From Ramazzottius varieornatus (Eukaryota; Animalia; Tardigrada): DNA of 64,000 bases. Where the stretch lies: the NCBI GenBank assembly GCA_001949185.1, contig BDGG01000002.1:8541990-8605989 (forward strand), read 5' to 3'. Numbering within the stretch: position 1 is the stretch's first letter; each line of letters opens with the position of its first letter. Made by a program: the position numbers and the translations under genes. A model generated the notes under the pieces. It did no database searches. It saw only the letters and a list, made by a program, of their open reading frames with translations, and had not been told where the DNA came from. This document shows, piece by piece, positions 1 through 11,478 of the stretch.

Positions 1-321
1 GCTTACCTAACGAAAGACATTATTTACCTGAGTAGACAGTTCCCTGGCGTAGACCCACGGATGCAGATCCCGCTGGTAGGAAAATTAATGTCCCTATTCT
101 AAGATTTATCGCACAGTTGATACATGCTCACTTTTTGGGTAGGTTCTCAACCGATCGGAATTTTTGAAAAACTTTTACTTTGCACCGCTATCACAGACAT
201 TGCGGACTAGGTCCAGCGACAAACACGCTTCTCAGTACAATGTAAAAATCAGAGAATGTGATTTCAGGAAATTGTCAGACGGGTTCTTGATGTTTCGAGG
301 CGGTCCAACAGGTGAGTGCCC

Positions 322-582
322 TTAGTGGTGATGTCCACGGTGAGCAGAGTGTCCTCCATGGCCGCCATGCATAGTTCGATGGGCACAGGTGGTACACGAG
401 CCACAGTATCCTCTTCCTCCTTGTCCACATCCACCGTGATGGCCCATGTTGACTGGGCGCTGTCCGCCACACGGTCCGCAGGTCAGAGCGCTGTGTCCCA
501 TGTGTCCACATCCAGCTTGTCTTGCTCGTCCACCACACTTGCCAGCGCATGGCTGCACTGCACATCCACAGCCTCCACCCAT
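322..582 (-). CDS. Small Gly/Cys/His-rich protein (86 aa), candidate metal-binding or structural orphan
   Basis: ATG at 582 in a good context (atcaccATGG), TAA at 322-324. MGGGCGCAVQPCAGKCGG...CGSCTTCAHRTMHGGHGGHSAHRGHHH has 11 Cys and 12 His. No homology recognised. Confidence 0.6.
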   Translation of the reverse strand: MGGGCGCAVQPCAGKCGGRARQAGCGHMGHSALTCGPCGGQRPVNMGHHGGCGQGGRGYCGSCTTCAHRTMHGGHGGHSAHRGHHH

Positions 583-1317
583 GGTGATAGCTCTTGTGAA
601 GATCGGATCGAAGAACGTTAGCAAAAGGTAGAACTTGTCGCTGAAGTGAACAATTTCTTAGTGATTTGTTAAATGGATCAGCGGTGGCCTTTTGTACCTA
701 CTGCGAAAAGCCGTCTCATTGTGGTAGAGGCAAAAATTCAGGCGACATTTTTTCGTACGTCGGTTAGTCAGCTACCGTATTGCACACCTTTCTTGTGACT
801 CACAAACTAATTGACCAGAATTCATTAGTTACTACTTCATGAATCATCAATCAGGGGAAAAACTCGGTGTTGTAGTGATCTCATTGGGGTGGATCGCATG
901 ATTGCTCACCGTTTCTTCCGGCAAAATCGGCATGGTGTTTGCAATATATACCTATAGGCCGGCCTTTTTTTCCGGCACGTTCCAGTACCTTCTAGACTTA
1001 GCAATTATACACAGAAACTGTCGAATCACTCTCGAATCCCACGACGTCGATCGTACGCAAAACTGATCAGCTGAACGTGACTCTGCAGTTGCTAGAAGTG
1101 CCACCATTCAACTCATTTCACTTTCAATCTCTATCTCACTTACAGTACAATAAGGATGACAAAACGCAAGCCACACTGAGAATAAAATATGCAAGGAGGT
1201 GTAACTATTCAGTTAACCCAACAGTACAGACATTTCTACAGATAGAACATCTCGATAAAACAACTCAAGAACGGTACACCGCGCTCAACATGGAAAACCT
1301 TAAGAAATGGAGTCTGT

Positions 1318-1868
1318 TTATCTACCCCAGCCGGCTTGTTGGACGACAGGCTGGACGACAGGCTGGACGACAGGTGGCGGTGCGGCGCCCCATCCCTGTT
1401 GGACTGGTGGCTGGACGATGGGTTGAGCGTTCCATCCCTGCTGCACCACCGGCTGTCCCCACCCTTGTTGACCGCCCAAACCACCCAGTCCTCCGCCCAG
1501 ACCTCCTCCGATACCGCCCAGTCCTCCACCAATTCCACCCAGCCCCCCACCAATCCCGCCGAGACCACCCAGTCCGCCCAATCCGCCCAGTCCACCACCC
1601 AGTCCACCATAGCCTGTGCCGATGCCGCCACCTAGACCGAGACCACCCAGGCCGCCGATGGCTGTGCCGGCTCCGTATCCGCCCAAGCCGGCACCCAATC
1701 CTCCGAAGCCACCGATCTGTCCCCGTGTGGAAGCCAGAAGAAGCATACCGCAAACCAGATGAACCTGCAAACGGAAAAAAGCTGGCTTGAAACTGGAACA
1801 TAGGTATCACGCATCAGAGTTACTGTAACCGGCAAGAAGATGAATTAACTTACGATGAAGTTGGCCAT
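1318..1868 (-). CDS. Secreted glycine-rich protein (GGLG repeats, Q/P/V-rich tail), cuticle/structural-like, 2 exons
   Basis: Exon 1 1868-1854 (MANFI, gtaagt donor), exon 2 1764-1318 after ttgcag. Spliced N-terminus MANFIVHLVCGMLLLASTRG is a signal peptide, followed by (GGLG/GGIG)n and PVVQ/GWG repeats, ending AGWGR-stop. Confidence 0.8.
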
Positions 1869-1988
1869 TGCCTAGATGAAAAAGTAAGCTGCAAAAATAA
1901 AGTTTGAAAAGAGGCTCTTCTAAAGATGTTAAAAAGTTTTTGCGCAGGTTAGAGGGCTATCCGAGCTTTCGTGACTTGGAGAAGGATG

Positions 1989-2027
1989 AACTGACGACTT
2001 GGCTGCAGTAACCCTCTGCTTTTTATA
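1989..2027 (-). promoter_or_regulatory. Putative TATA box plus initiator for the Gly-rich gene
   Basis: Minus-strand TATAAAAA at 2027-2020 followed about 35 bp later by TCAGTT (Inr-like) at 1994-1989. Confidence 0.35.
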
Positions 2028-2438
2028 CTGGACACGTTGGCTGGACAGTGGACAGGTATTTCAATGGGAGAACGCCAATGGCGTTTTGAAGTCTGGTTCA
2101 ATGTCACCAGGTCAGCTCTTCTTTCAAACTTCGCTCGCTCGATTGTTCGGTGAATTTTAGAGTTTCTCTTATGCCTATTGTGCGTAAACCTTTTTTACTA
2201 CTCTCGATTTCTTCAGTCTGATTGTCCTGCAGCTGTCGGCGGTCACTTTGCATGGTTTGTTGAGCTAAGCGAAGACAATCATTCTTGTGTTCTCATTCCA
2301 TTATAGCCGTGTTCGATTATATTGCAGGTTTAAGCTTTCCAATTTACGGATTGATGTCATCCTCGACTGAGGTTCAAGCTCAGAAAAAGTTAAAGGACGA
2401 AAACGTAACGCTGGTTTTTCCTGTCTGGCAGAACTGAG

Positions 2439-3624
2439 GTGTTTTTCGGATTGTTCGGGAAACGAGTTGATCCAAGCTTGCTAGTAAACACGTGTCCTGC
2501 ATCTGTCCGCACAGACGGAAAGTCATCGTATGGGGGGACGAGTGGTGGAATGGGTGGAGTGACAGGCGGGATAGTCAACACAGCGATGCCGACCGCCGCC
2601 AAGGACATTTCCGTCCTGAATTACGCCCTGACTCTGGAGAACCTGGAAGCCACCTTCTACGTCCAAGCTCTGCAAAACTGCCCCAAAGAGCAGTTCTTGG
2701 CCGCAGGCTTGTCTGAGCGAGACTAAACTATCATTTCGGAGGTTCGCGACCACGAAGTCACCCACGTCAACTTCCTCAAGACGGCCATCTCGGCGCTGGG
2801 TGCCAGCCCAGTCCCACCTTGCACTTATAATTTCCCCGATACTGATGTCAAGTCCTTCTTGGCTATCGCCCGAGCTCTGGAAAAGAAAAAGACCGGTGTC
2901 AGCGCTTACATCGGCGATGCCCCCATGATTAGCATTCTTTAACTACATCACAGGTAAACCACCACCACTGTTGCCTTTCCCTGAAAAAAAGAGAGCGCGT
3001 CAGCCCAACTCGACAAAATCATCGCCTCAAGTGGCGCACGTCGCAGCTAGGAATATCAATTACGTGCGCCAGTGCAGAAGGCAACATTATCAGCTTTTCC
3101 AAGTGGCGCAGTCTTCCAGCCACCAACAGTACCAGCCTGCGCCGCTTGGAAGAAAATCTCGCGGCGTTGCTGTGCACAGCTCTTGATACATTTTATTCGG
3201 TGTAGGAAAGGCGCCGATTCCCGCGGCTTTCGATATTCCCCTGGGTATGCGCAGTGTAGTGTCCATCGCTGCTGGCTTTATCGTCAACTGTCCCTACGCC
3301 TTGCCCAAAGTCTTTCCTAGCTCGACCATTTCACCCGCGACACCGACAGCGGGGAGGCAGTTGAGCGTCACCTACAACGGCAGCAGTGCCGCAGATGCTT
3401 GCGTCTTCTTGGCCGGTGCCGGCAACAAAGTGGCACCCATCAGTGGAGGCAAATACACAGTGCCCGCCGATCTGCAAGGAGATATTTATGTCGTCATCGC
3501 CAAGGTGTCCAATGCGGCGGATCTGAACGACGACAATACCGTAGCAGGTCCTGCGGCCTACACAACCCCGGACAAGGCCGACACCGCCTTATTTCCATCT
3601 GGTCTAATTCGCCGCTGGCGATGA
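2439..3624 (+). pseudogene. Ferritin-like (Ferritin_2 / fungal Rds1-type, desiccation-related-protein-like) pseudogene
   Basis: DISVLNYALTLENLEATFY...DHEVTHVNFL...CTYNFP...ALE(KK)KTGVSAYIG...PAAFDIPL...VSIAAGFIVNCP...LNDDNTVAGPA match the Rds1-type pattern. Lesions: TAA 2724-2726, 6-bp duplication near 2880-2891, frameshift/TAA near 2940, TGA 3184-3186. One intron from about 2954. 5' start not identified. Confidence 0.8.
3026..3150. repeat. Intronic fixed-spacer inverted-repeat array, 2 units
   Basis: GTGGCGCA at 3031 and 3103, each followed after 26/27 nt by TGCGCC(A/G). Confidence 0.85.
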
Positions 3625-4350
3625 CCCTTGTGAACATTTCGTAGTTGTTGTCTCGTTAAGCTGGGTGACCATCTGTAGTCTTTCCTGAGTACTCAGCGTC
3701 ACTTCGACCGCAGAGATATACTGTACTCTTGTTGCGCTGCTGCCAATACTCGCACATGCTTCCTGCTTGTTTTCTACACACAACTCGGCTGTAAAAAACA
3801 AGCAAGCCCGTTGATCTTTCCTTGGCTGATTAAAAAAAAGGAGGAAACGTCCTGCTTGTGGTAGATTTGGTAGTTGTATAGCGTAATAGAACGAAAGTGT
3901 AAAAGATCATAGAACCAGCTGTAGGTTCCGGCCATACAGCTTACGTCTTTCAAGTGGCCGACGACACCGCCGAAGGCGGCGATAGTCCGCAGGTCGACAA
4001 ACGTACGCCTGCCCGTTCACTACCATGCTTACTGATTACGACGTCGCAGCAGAATATGGCTCTTTTTCCACAGCAGTCGGCTATAACTATAATCTTCAAA
4101 AATGTCACCAAAGAATGATTTACGATATCTCTGGATAATCATGATGTGAGTGACAGCACGCGTAATGGCAAGTATTATGATCCATTGTTCGCATCACGAG
4201 GACGGCGATCGTTTTGCAAAACTCTTGGGGCATTCTGCAGAATAGATATCTCGTTTACATTGTAATGAAAAAGAAGCTTGTATTAATACAAAATTACCGT
4301 TTCTCGGCGCTTGGTCAGTCCTGACTTTTTTCTTTTTGCCATAAACCATA

Positions 4351-5677
4351 ATGGTGATAATTGCTACTGTAGGCCTGTTGGGTCTTGCCGCCCTGACGGT
4401 GGCGGTTCTTCCCGATGGATACGAACTGCTAACTGCCAAAAAGAAGCAGGATATTTTGTGGACAAAAATGACGACCAACCCGCACGACCCTAACAACCTG
4501 CCAACCGGCAACGCAACAACTCGGACAATTGAGGAAACCTTGTTGAACGTGACGTTTCTGACGCTGTCGTTCGACCAAGCCGGCGACGAGATGGCACCCG
4601 GACGACCCAAAGTAGTATCGCCCCGTGGTCTTGTTGGCAAAGCTGAAGTGATCATGGACCAGACTGCGGCCAACCCATACACGGGAGTCTACAAGACTGG
4701 AGGCCTGGCAGTCATACGATTGGGTGGAAACCCCGGTCCTATCCTTCAAAACTTCTTTGCGCTAAAGGTAAACTACAAAGCCGGCAAACGAAACGTACCA
4801 GACTATCATCTCAAGCGACGCACGCTCACAGCCTTCAAAACTGGGAACGTGCGCCACTTGGAACACTAGTCTTGCCGAGATTTCCAAGTGGCGCACGCTT
4901 CTGGCCAGCATCAGCGGAGGCGTGCGCCACCTGAGACGACGCTCTGGTGCTTGTCGTTTGCCGACCTCCCAACCACCTTCACCCATAAAACTTCGACATC
5001 TGGTCAAAAACCATTGTCAAATTACACTTCTTTAGATCCTGATTGATGGGAAGCACTCGCAAAACTTCCACGCTGAGCACGATGTGATCGGTCGGATGGA
5101 TCCGGTCGTCGACTATTTTGAAGACGACGTTCTGGCACAATACGCTGCAGTTGACCCACCTCCATTTTCCGTGGGTTTCGCAGTCGTGTCCGCCTTCAAC
5201 GCCACCATCAACTCACTACCTGGCGGCCCACTGGATCGTCCGCCTAACGCTTTTGGTCTGGGTGGGGTTGAACAGGCGCGTGTTCGCAAGGATGGCCGCC
5301 TGGAGTACCAGGTCTACGCTCCGCACAACCTCCTTTTCCGTCCCGCTCCGTACCTGCACGCCCCCGTCAACTTGGCCCGCGGCGAAGATTACCGCAAGGT
5401 GCTGCTTGCGACGGTCAAGGACAACATGCTCTTGTACACCATCGAAGCCAAACGAACACCCTGCGATCCCTTCGTCAAGATCGGCGAAGTGTGGACCCGC
5501 AGCAAGCTGGTGTCGTCGCCCTTCGGCGATCAGGGAATCCGCTTCGGCCAGCCATACAGACAGTGGGATTATAGCTTTGCCTCACCTGGTCCTTCCTGCA
5601 CTCTGGACCCCAACATTCCGCCCGCCTCCACTCCTCGGCCAGGGCAGATCGATGACTTTGCCAATCCAGCCGGATAA
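4351..5677 (+). CDS. Secreted catalase-like-fold protein of an uncharacterised family (353 aa, 2 exons)
   Basis: Signal peptide MVIIATVGLLGLAALTVA. Exon 1 4351-4767, exon 2 5036-5677 in frame. Motifs SFDQAGDEM..GRPKVVSPRG.VGK, PYTGVYKTG...IRL, ALKILIDG..SQN, KIGEV...S....S.FGDQGIRF resemble small catalase-superfamily proteins. Confidence 0.65.
4811..4935. repeat. Intronic fixed-spacer inverted-repeat array, 2 units
   Basis: CAAGCGACGCA-27nt-TGCGCCACTTGG and CCAAGTGGCGCA-27nt-TGCGCCACCTG, period 73 bp, inside intron 4768-5035. Confidence 0.85.
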
Positions 5678-6210
5678 CCACTCAGCGCGAACACGCCTCT
5701 CCGGGCGCCCATAAGCTTTGTACTATAACTGTTTTTATATTTTTTGAGTCGTACTGAAAAATCCAGAGTGTTCTTGTGACAGACACATGCTGTACGTAAG
5801 TATTAAATCTCATATAAAAAAAAACCTTTACCGTTGCCATAGTCATGCTATAACTTGTGATACCTTGCTTGAAGAAAGTGATTCGTTTGGGGGCATGGTC
5901 GTGGTAAGCTACCGAACTTGAACCACCCAAATATGGCTCTTAAGTTACATAAGTCAGATTACAATCGGCGATGCCGGCCGCAAGGTGGCACTTGGTGTCA
6001 ACGAAACGAATGGGGTCGATTGCCTTGTTCCATAGAGCTCAGTAGATCGATTCACATTCCTGAGCCCAAGAAACAGCAAAGAAGCGGTATGCAGCAGCTT
6101 CAATCAATGTCACTGAAGGCAGGATTCGATACTGAAATGGCCCACCTGATTTGTCAAGTTTGTTTCTGCCTCATGAATGCGTATACCAGCGAGCTGAGCC
6201 AATTTCGGTG

Positions 6211-6397
6211 CACGTGCGACGAATTATGAGACAGTAAAAACTATGGGACAGACATTATCGCTATGGCGGTACGGAAGCACGCACACGGTTGATTTTCTCT
6301 AATAAACCTTTCGATGCTTCTCTACGCTTGATTTTCCATTTTGGCGTCCTTTCCGCCTGTCCCATAATTTTCACTGTCCCATTTCTCGTCGTACGTG
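6211..6397. mobile_element. MITE family A copy (about 190 bp)
   Basis: Degenerate TIRs with AATTATGGGAC repeats; internal ctatggcggtacggaa shared with copies at 28033, 32010 and 42927. Confidence 0.7.
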
Positions 6398-6962
6398 TAG
6401 TGGTCATAAGGCCTCGCTCCGCTCGGCCTTTTACAGGTGTCAGAACGGCTTTTACATTTCGAAAATGCGACACCGGGATCAGGAGATGTGAGCAGTGGGC
6501 AAAATAATTCAGGTGTCACATGGTAAAATTCTCTCTTGTTGAGAGATTGCAGGCACGCTCAGGTTTGGCTGCTGTGACGTTAATGCTACCATATTTCATT
6601 GGTCATAATCGGCTCCGCCACTACAGATGAGGAAAGACCCAGGCTCGCGCGCCATGTCTCAGCTTGAGGGAATTTTACCGCGCGACACCTGAGTTACTTT
6701 GCCCACTGCTGGTACAGCATGTGGAACGAACGAAAAGTATGGGTGACGACGAGTCGATGACCTATGACACTGACCGTATACAATATATAGCATGTCCCCC
6801 GGCCATTTCAAAAAGTAAATTTTCCATGATACGTGCATCGAAAGGTGTTCTGTGCATGGTTTCAACCAGCCATGCATAAGAACGGCGAGGCTGACGTCTC
6901 ATCAGCTGTTTTGACCAGATGAGCTGCAAGAGATCTGGCAAATCATTGAAGTATCCACCACC

Positions 6963-9043
6963 ATGATGTCTTTACCATGGGTTCTTGTCATCGTTTTGCT
7001 CTTTTGGTATCGTTTTCGCTCGTACTTTCGTTGCATGTTAGAGCGCCGTAGCGGACGTTTGCCGCCGGGACCATGGGCCTGGCCATTGTTTGGTACAATC
7101 CTCACCATCGACCGGCGACATCCCCAAAAGACGTTGCGGAAATGGGCAGCCACCTACGGAACTATCTTTAGCTTCTACCTCGGAGAAAGGTTTTGTGTGG
7201 CTGCCAGTGATATGCCCACCATTCGGCGGTTGATGAAAGACAAGCGCTTCGAGAATCGCTGCCATGCCGGCATGATCATGCATTTGGACGGCCAATTCGA
7301 TAAAAGTAAGAACGACGTCAGTATTTTCAGATTCCAAGACTGGAATCAACCATGTTGTCACGAGGATGAATTTCAAACAGGCATCATCATGGGGAATGGG
7401 GAAATATGGAGAGAACATCGTCGATTTTCAATGGCAGCTTTAAGAGACTTCGGTATAGCTTCATGATTTTCTTCCTCATTATTCTCTCCTCTGTCATTGT
7501 ACGCCAAGAATGTTGACTTACGTACCGCGCATTTCGTTGCGACAGGTTTCAGTAAAGCTGGTGGGGAAGAGCAGGTCCAGAATGAAGCGGCGCTGCTGGT
7601 GGCTGAGTTTCAGGGACACCAAGGCCGAAGCTTCGACCCGAAAATTTCCATAGCCACCTCTGGTACTTACACATCCTCGTACGTCTGCCGGTTTTGTCTG
7701 GACGTTCGTCATCTATTAGGAGATTCGACCTGGAAGTTGTAATGTATTTTGCAGTGGCTAACGTCATCTCGTACATGTTGTTCAGCGATGGCTTCGACTG
7801 CTCGGACCCTCGATTCCGACAGTACGAGGAAACCGTAGCTGCCAACATAGCCGAGCTGTCCAGCGGAACGCCTTTGGAAATCTTCCCGTGGCTGCGCTTC
7901 ATCCACCCCTTCTCCGTACAGTTCAACCGGATACAGAGGCGCTTTAAATATTGTCAGCGACCCATGATGGACTTGATCCAAGAGCACAAGAAGTCCTTCG
8001 ACCCAAACTCCCCACGCGACTACGTCGACGCCTTTCTGTGCGTGCAAGAAGGACGAAGAAGAACGGAAGACAGCGTTGGCACTTACACCGATGAGCAGCT
8101 TATGCGAAACCTGGGCGATCTGTATGTTGGTATGTCACCATAGCCAGACAAATAGAAGCATGGAGCTCAGAAGTGGATGGGCTTAAATCGAAGCTGGTCA
8201 AACGAGTTGAACCAGACCATGTTGCCAAGTGGCGCACACTGTCAGGCAATAACAATACAGTCGTGCGCCATTTGAGATACGATCTCGGTGAGTTTGTTGG
8301 CCAACGTCCCATACAGTGCGTCGTGTCTCTTCGCTAGCCGGCTTTGAAACCACGACGACGTTTCTTCGATGGGCTTTAATCTACCTGATACTGCATCCAC
8401 GAGTACAAGCAAAACTCCAAGGTGAAATAGACGTGGTTATCGGTTCTTCGCGAGCGCCGACGATGACAGACAAAGCGCCAATGGTCTACACGGAAGCGGT
8501 TATCCTCGAAGTCTTCCGCCTGTCGGATTTCCTGCCTTTCCTCATACCGCACTGTGCGACCGAGGATGTACAGATCGATGGCTATGTCATTCCTGAGGGC
8601 ACAGAAATTTGGCCATTGGTAACGTATCACTACTGCAATGCCAAGGTATGGGGAGACCCGCAAGTCTTCCGACCGGAGCGCTTTCTGGATGACAAGGACC
8701 AGTTGCTACAAAGTCTGGCAGATGAAATACAACCTTACTCTACTGGTGAGTAGGCGCATAAAAGATGGCTTAAGTTCACTCAAGCGTCCCCACAACAACC
8801 CTTTTCTCGGTAGGGCGGCGAGCTTGCTTGGGGGAGCCACTAGCCAAAATGGAAGTCTTCATACTTCTGACGACCATACTGCAGCACTTCACCATCTCTA
8901 GCCAGACAACACCTGATACGGAACACCTTCCAGCTTTTAGTACGTTCCTCGACCGCTTAGGCTCTACAGAAGGCTTACTTGAAATTTTCGTCGGTTCATT
9001 GTGCAAAGTGTATCTTCGCAGTTCTGGCACCACCCTCATTTGA
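6963..9043 (+). CDS. Cytochrome P450, clan 2 (CYP2-like), 6 exons
   Basis: N-terminal TM, PPGP, WREHRRF, AGFETT (I-helix), EVFR (ExxR), PERF and YSTGRRACLG (heme Cys). Exons about 6963-7305, 7381-7453, 7546-7662, 7755-8130, 8338-8746, 8814-9043. Confidence 0.93.
8225..8275. repeat. Intronic fixed-spacer inverted-repeat unit
   Basis: CCAAGTGGCGCA-27nt-TGCGCCATTTG in CYP intron 4. Confidence 0.85.
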
Positions 9044-10652
9044 GATTATCGCCACTCCCAGAACTTAATGACGACTGTACACCAGACTTGGCCGGAACAT
9101 TTTTTCAAGGTGGGATATACCGCGTGTGGCCGGAAGTTTCCAACTGACAGTGTTGCATACGAGGTAACCAACATGGGGATTACAAGTCGAAAATTCCGGC
9201 GTGATGATAGGTCTCGATCTTAGCTTTCCTTGTTTGAAACTCGTCTTTCTTGGTGTCCAAATTAGGAAACCTTGTTCCCATTCTTTAAAGACCATTAGGG
9301 GGCAAAACAGGATTCAAACTGGTGAGATGTTAGCCTTGTAAGGGAGAGGGGTGTCGCTCAATGTTAAAAAGCCTATGAGCTGTACGAGGAGCAAGGCCTA
9401 ACTTTTCTAACTCGCCAAACTGGTTCCTACTATCGGTCCTGAAATTCCAAATTATGATAATTCACAAGTATCTCCCATAACCCTGCTTCATTCTGCTCCA
9501 GACAGAAGTGGGAAACATTGGAAAATCACGACGAGAGAAATTCTAGAGAGGATGGCATCCGATATTAGGGAGCACTCTTTCTGTAGAGGGCAGAACAAGC
9601 CATGCCAGGTAAATCACGAATGTGTCGGACCGAGCCGAATTACACATGTCTCAAAGTGTGCCCAGGGTTAATGGTAACGCAACAGAGCCATTTTTATCCA
9701 AAATCGGAACGGCTACAACTTTGCTAACTTCCGAGCAAAAACACATTGCTTTGACAGATTCTCTTCGGTGGCGCATGACGTAACCGGAAGAAGCTGAGAA
9801 AGCGACGGTTGTTTGGGTGGAAATGGCTCTCTAGAGCCAGTCTTTTCTCCCCATCTTTCGTTTCCAGAATTAGGAACGCGGTTCTGGCTACAACTTTCAA
9901 CTGGAAGTGGCGAAATCGGTCCACGCTGCGTGAAGATATGTCGATATCCATAACTGTTGGCAAACCGTGCAGAATTTCTGTGATGGACTTGCCGATAACT
10001 GAATCAAGGCCTAAACTGAACTGTGAATGCTAACTGGCTGAAACTTTGCTAACTTCTGCTCAGCCGCCAGCTGGTCGTAGTCTAGATTCGCAGTGGGCAG
10101 CGCTATCTTCAGAATTTGGTTTGGTAAAGTAAGCTCGTTAGAAAAGTTGGGCCTCCCTCCTCGTACTAAGATCAGATAATCAAGCATGAAAAAGAAAGTT
10201 GGGCTGTAATCTCCACGCCGGAATTTCCGAATTGTACTCTCCATGCCGGCTACTTTGTACCTGCTACCTCGTACCGGAAGTTGTCTTGAGCAAGGAAACA
10301 AGTCGTAGTTGTTGTTATGTTTCCACTAATCCATATAGATTCTCGGCAGTCATTGTCGGCGGCACACATGAATTAGTGGAAACATAACAACCGCCACTTG
10401 TTTTCTTGCTCAAGGCAACTTTTGACTACATTGTTCGATTGGCCGAAAAGATTTTTCCCCATACGTTGGCCGCTGCTTCTTCCGATAGCAAGTCTCTTCA
10501 GAAGACCTATCTTCAGTGTTTCCATGCTTTTTCGTTGCCCACATAGAAGCGCTGTCCGACCTGCATACAGTGTTGTTTCCTAACGTGGCTTTTTTGACTC
10601 TTTCGACTTCGCCGTCTTTATTTATTATATCTTACTGGAGGAGCACTACAGG

Positions 10653-11033
10653 ATGAACATGTATCTGCCACTGGCTCTCGTCCTTGTCGGGGTTGTCTTG
10701 GTTCAAGCTCAGCCCTTGGGTTTTGGTATACCATTCAGCCAGCAGAGCAACCGCTTCAGCAACAACTTTGGTCAGCAGTTTAACAACGCAGCCGGCAATG
10801 CAGCCGGTGCGGGACAGGCCCAGGCCGGCGGACTGGGCTCCTCGGCCAGCATCAACCAGGCCAACCACGTAGCCGACCGTTTCCGGACTGCCTCCCAAGG
10901 TCTCAGTGCCAACACCGCACAAGGCACCATGGGATCGCAGGCTGGTGGTGCCGCACAAGCCGGTGGACAAATCCAAGGCGGACAACGATTCCAGTCCAAC
11001 ATGGGATCGCAAAACTTCTTCCAGCAAGGTTGA
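10653..11033 (+). CDS. Small secreted Gln/Gly/Asn/Ala-rich low-complexity protein (126 aa)
   Basis: Signal peptide MNMYLPLALVLVGVVLVQA; mature region polar, nearly uncharged, with spaced Phe; single exon. Confidence 0.75.
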   Translation: MNMYLPLALVLVGVVLVQAQPLGFGIPFSQQSNRFSNNFGQQFNNAAGNAAGAGQAQAGGLGSSASINQANHVADRFRTASQGLSANTAQGTMGSQAGGAAQAGGQIQGGQRFQSNMGSQNFFQQG

Positions 11034-11187
11034 ACGGAGCGAGAAAACGCCAACTTGGCAAGCTAGTACAAAGTCTTTTAACAGCCCTCCTATCATGTCG
11101 GTGTACGTTCCACTAATACTTGTGTACCGAATACCCGAAACATTAATATTGATCTATTCGATTCTGTTTATTGTACCTCTTACTGTA

Positions 11188-11342
11188 TGCGCGCCGGACC
11201 CGACTAGCGGCCTTGGCAAAACTTCCGGCCACCGGGCCGAAAACGACAGCTGCCAGCTAAAGCGTCCAATCAACCTAAGCGCTGCCGCTTTCGGCCGGTG
11301 GCCGGAAGTTTTGTCCAGGCCGGTAGTCGGGTCAGGCGAGTG
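11188..11342. mobile_element. Foldback MITE with about 60-bp TIRs
   Basis: gacccgactagcggccttggcaaaacttccggccacc is mirrored by ggtggccggaagttttgtccaggccggtagtcgggtc; TA on both flanks. Confidence 0.75.
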
Positions 11343-11478
11343 TACGTGTGATTGTTCCGGCTCATAAAGCAGCAAACAGACACCTAGGATCATGGTTCTC
11401 TTCTGGACCTTCTTTGACGTTGTATAGCAAAGAACAACAGCTAAATGTTATCGATGAGCCGCTGCACTACCAGCGGAG

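Noticed and set aside
1077-1810. Long overlapping ORFs (237 aa plus strand, 162 aa minus strand) over the Gly-rich gene
   Set aside because: Shadow frames of low-complexity GGN-repeat sequence; the same applies to most short ORFs in the track, which also uses bacterial GTG/TTG starts.
4351-5677. Identification as the tardigrade Mn-peroxidase AMNP or as a classical catalase
   Set aside because: Size and motifs do not fit what I recall of AMNP, and the canonical catalase signatures (proximal RxFxYxD, distal VH) are absent.
9290-9390. Similarity to 47330-47390 (tgtaaggga.gaggggt...aatgtt.aaaagcct)
   Set aside because: Probably an old dispersed repeat, but too short and degenerate to delimit or classify.
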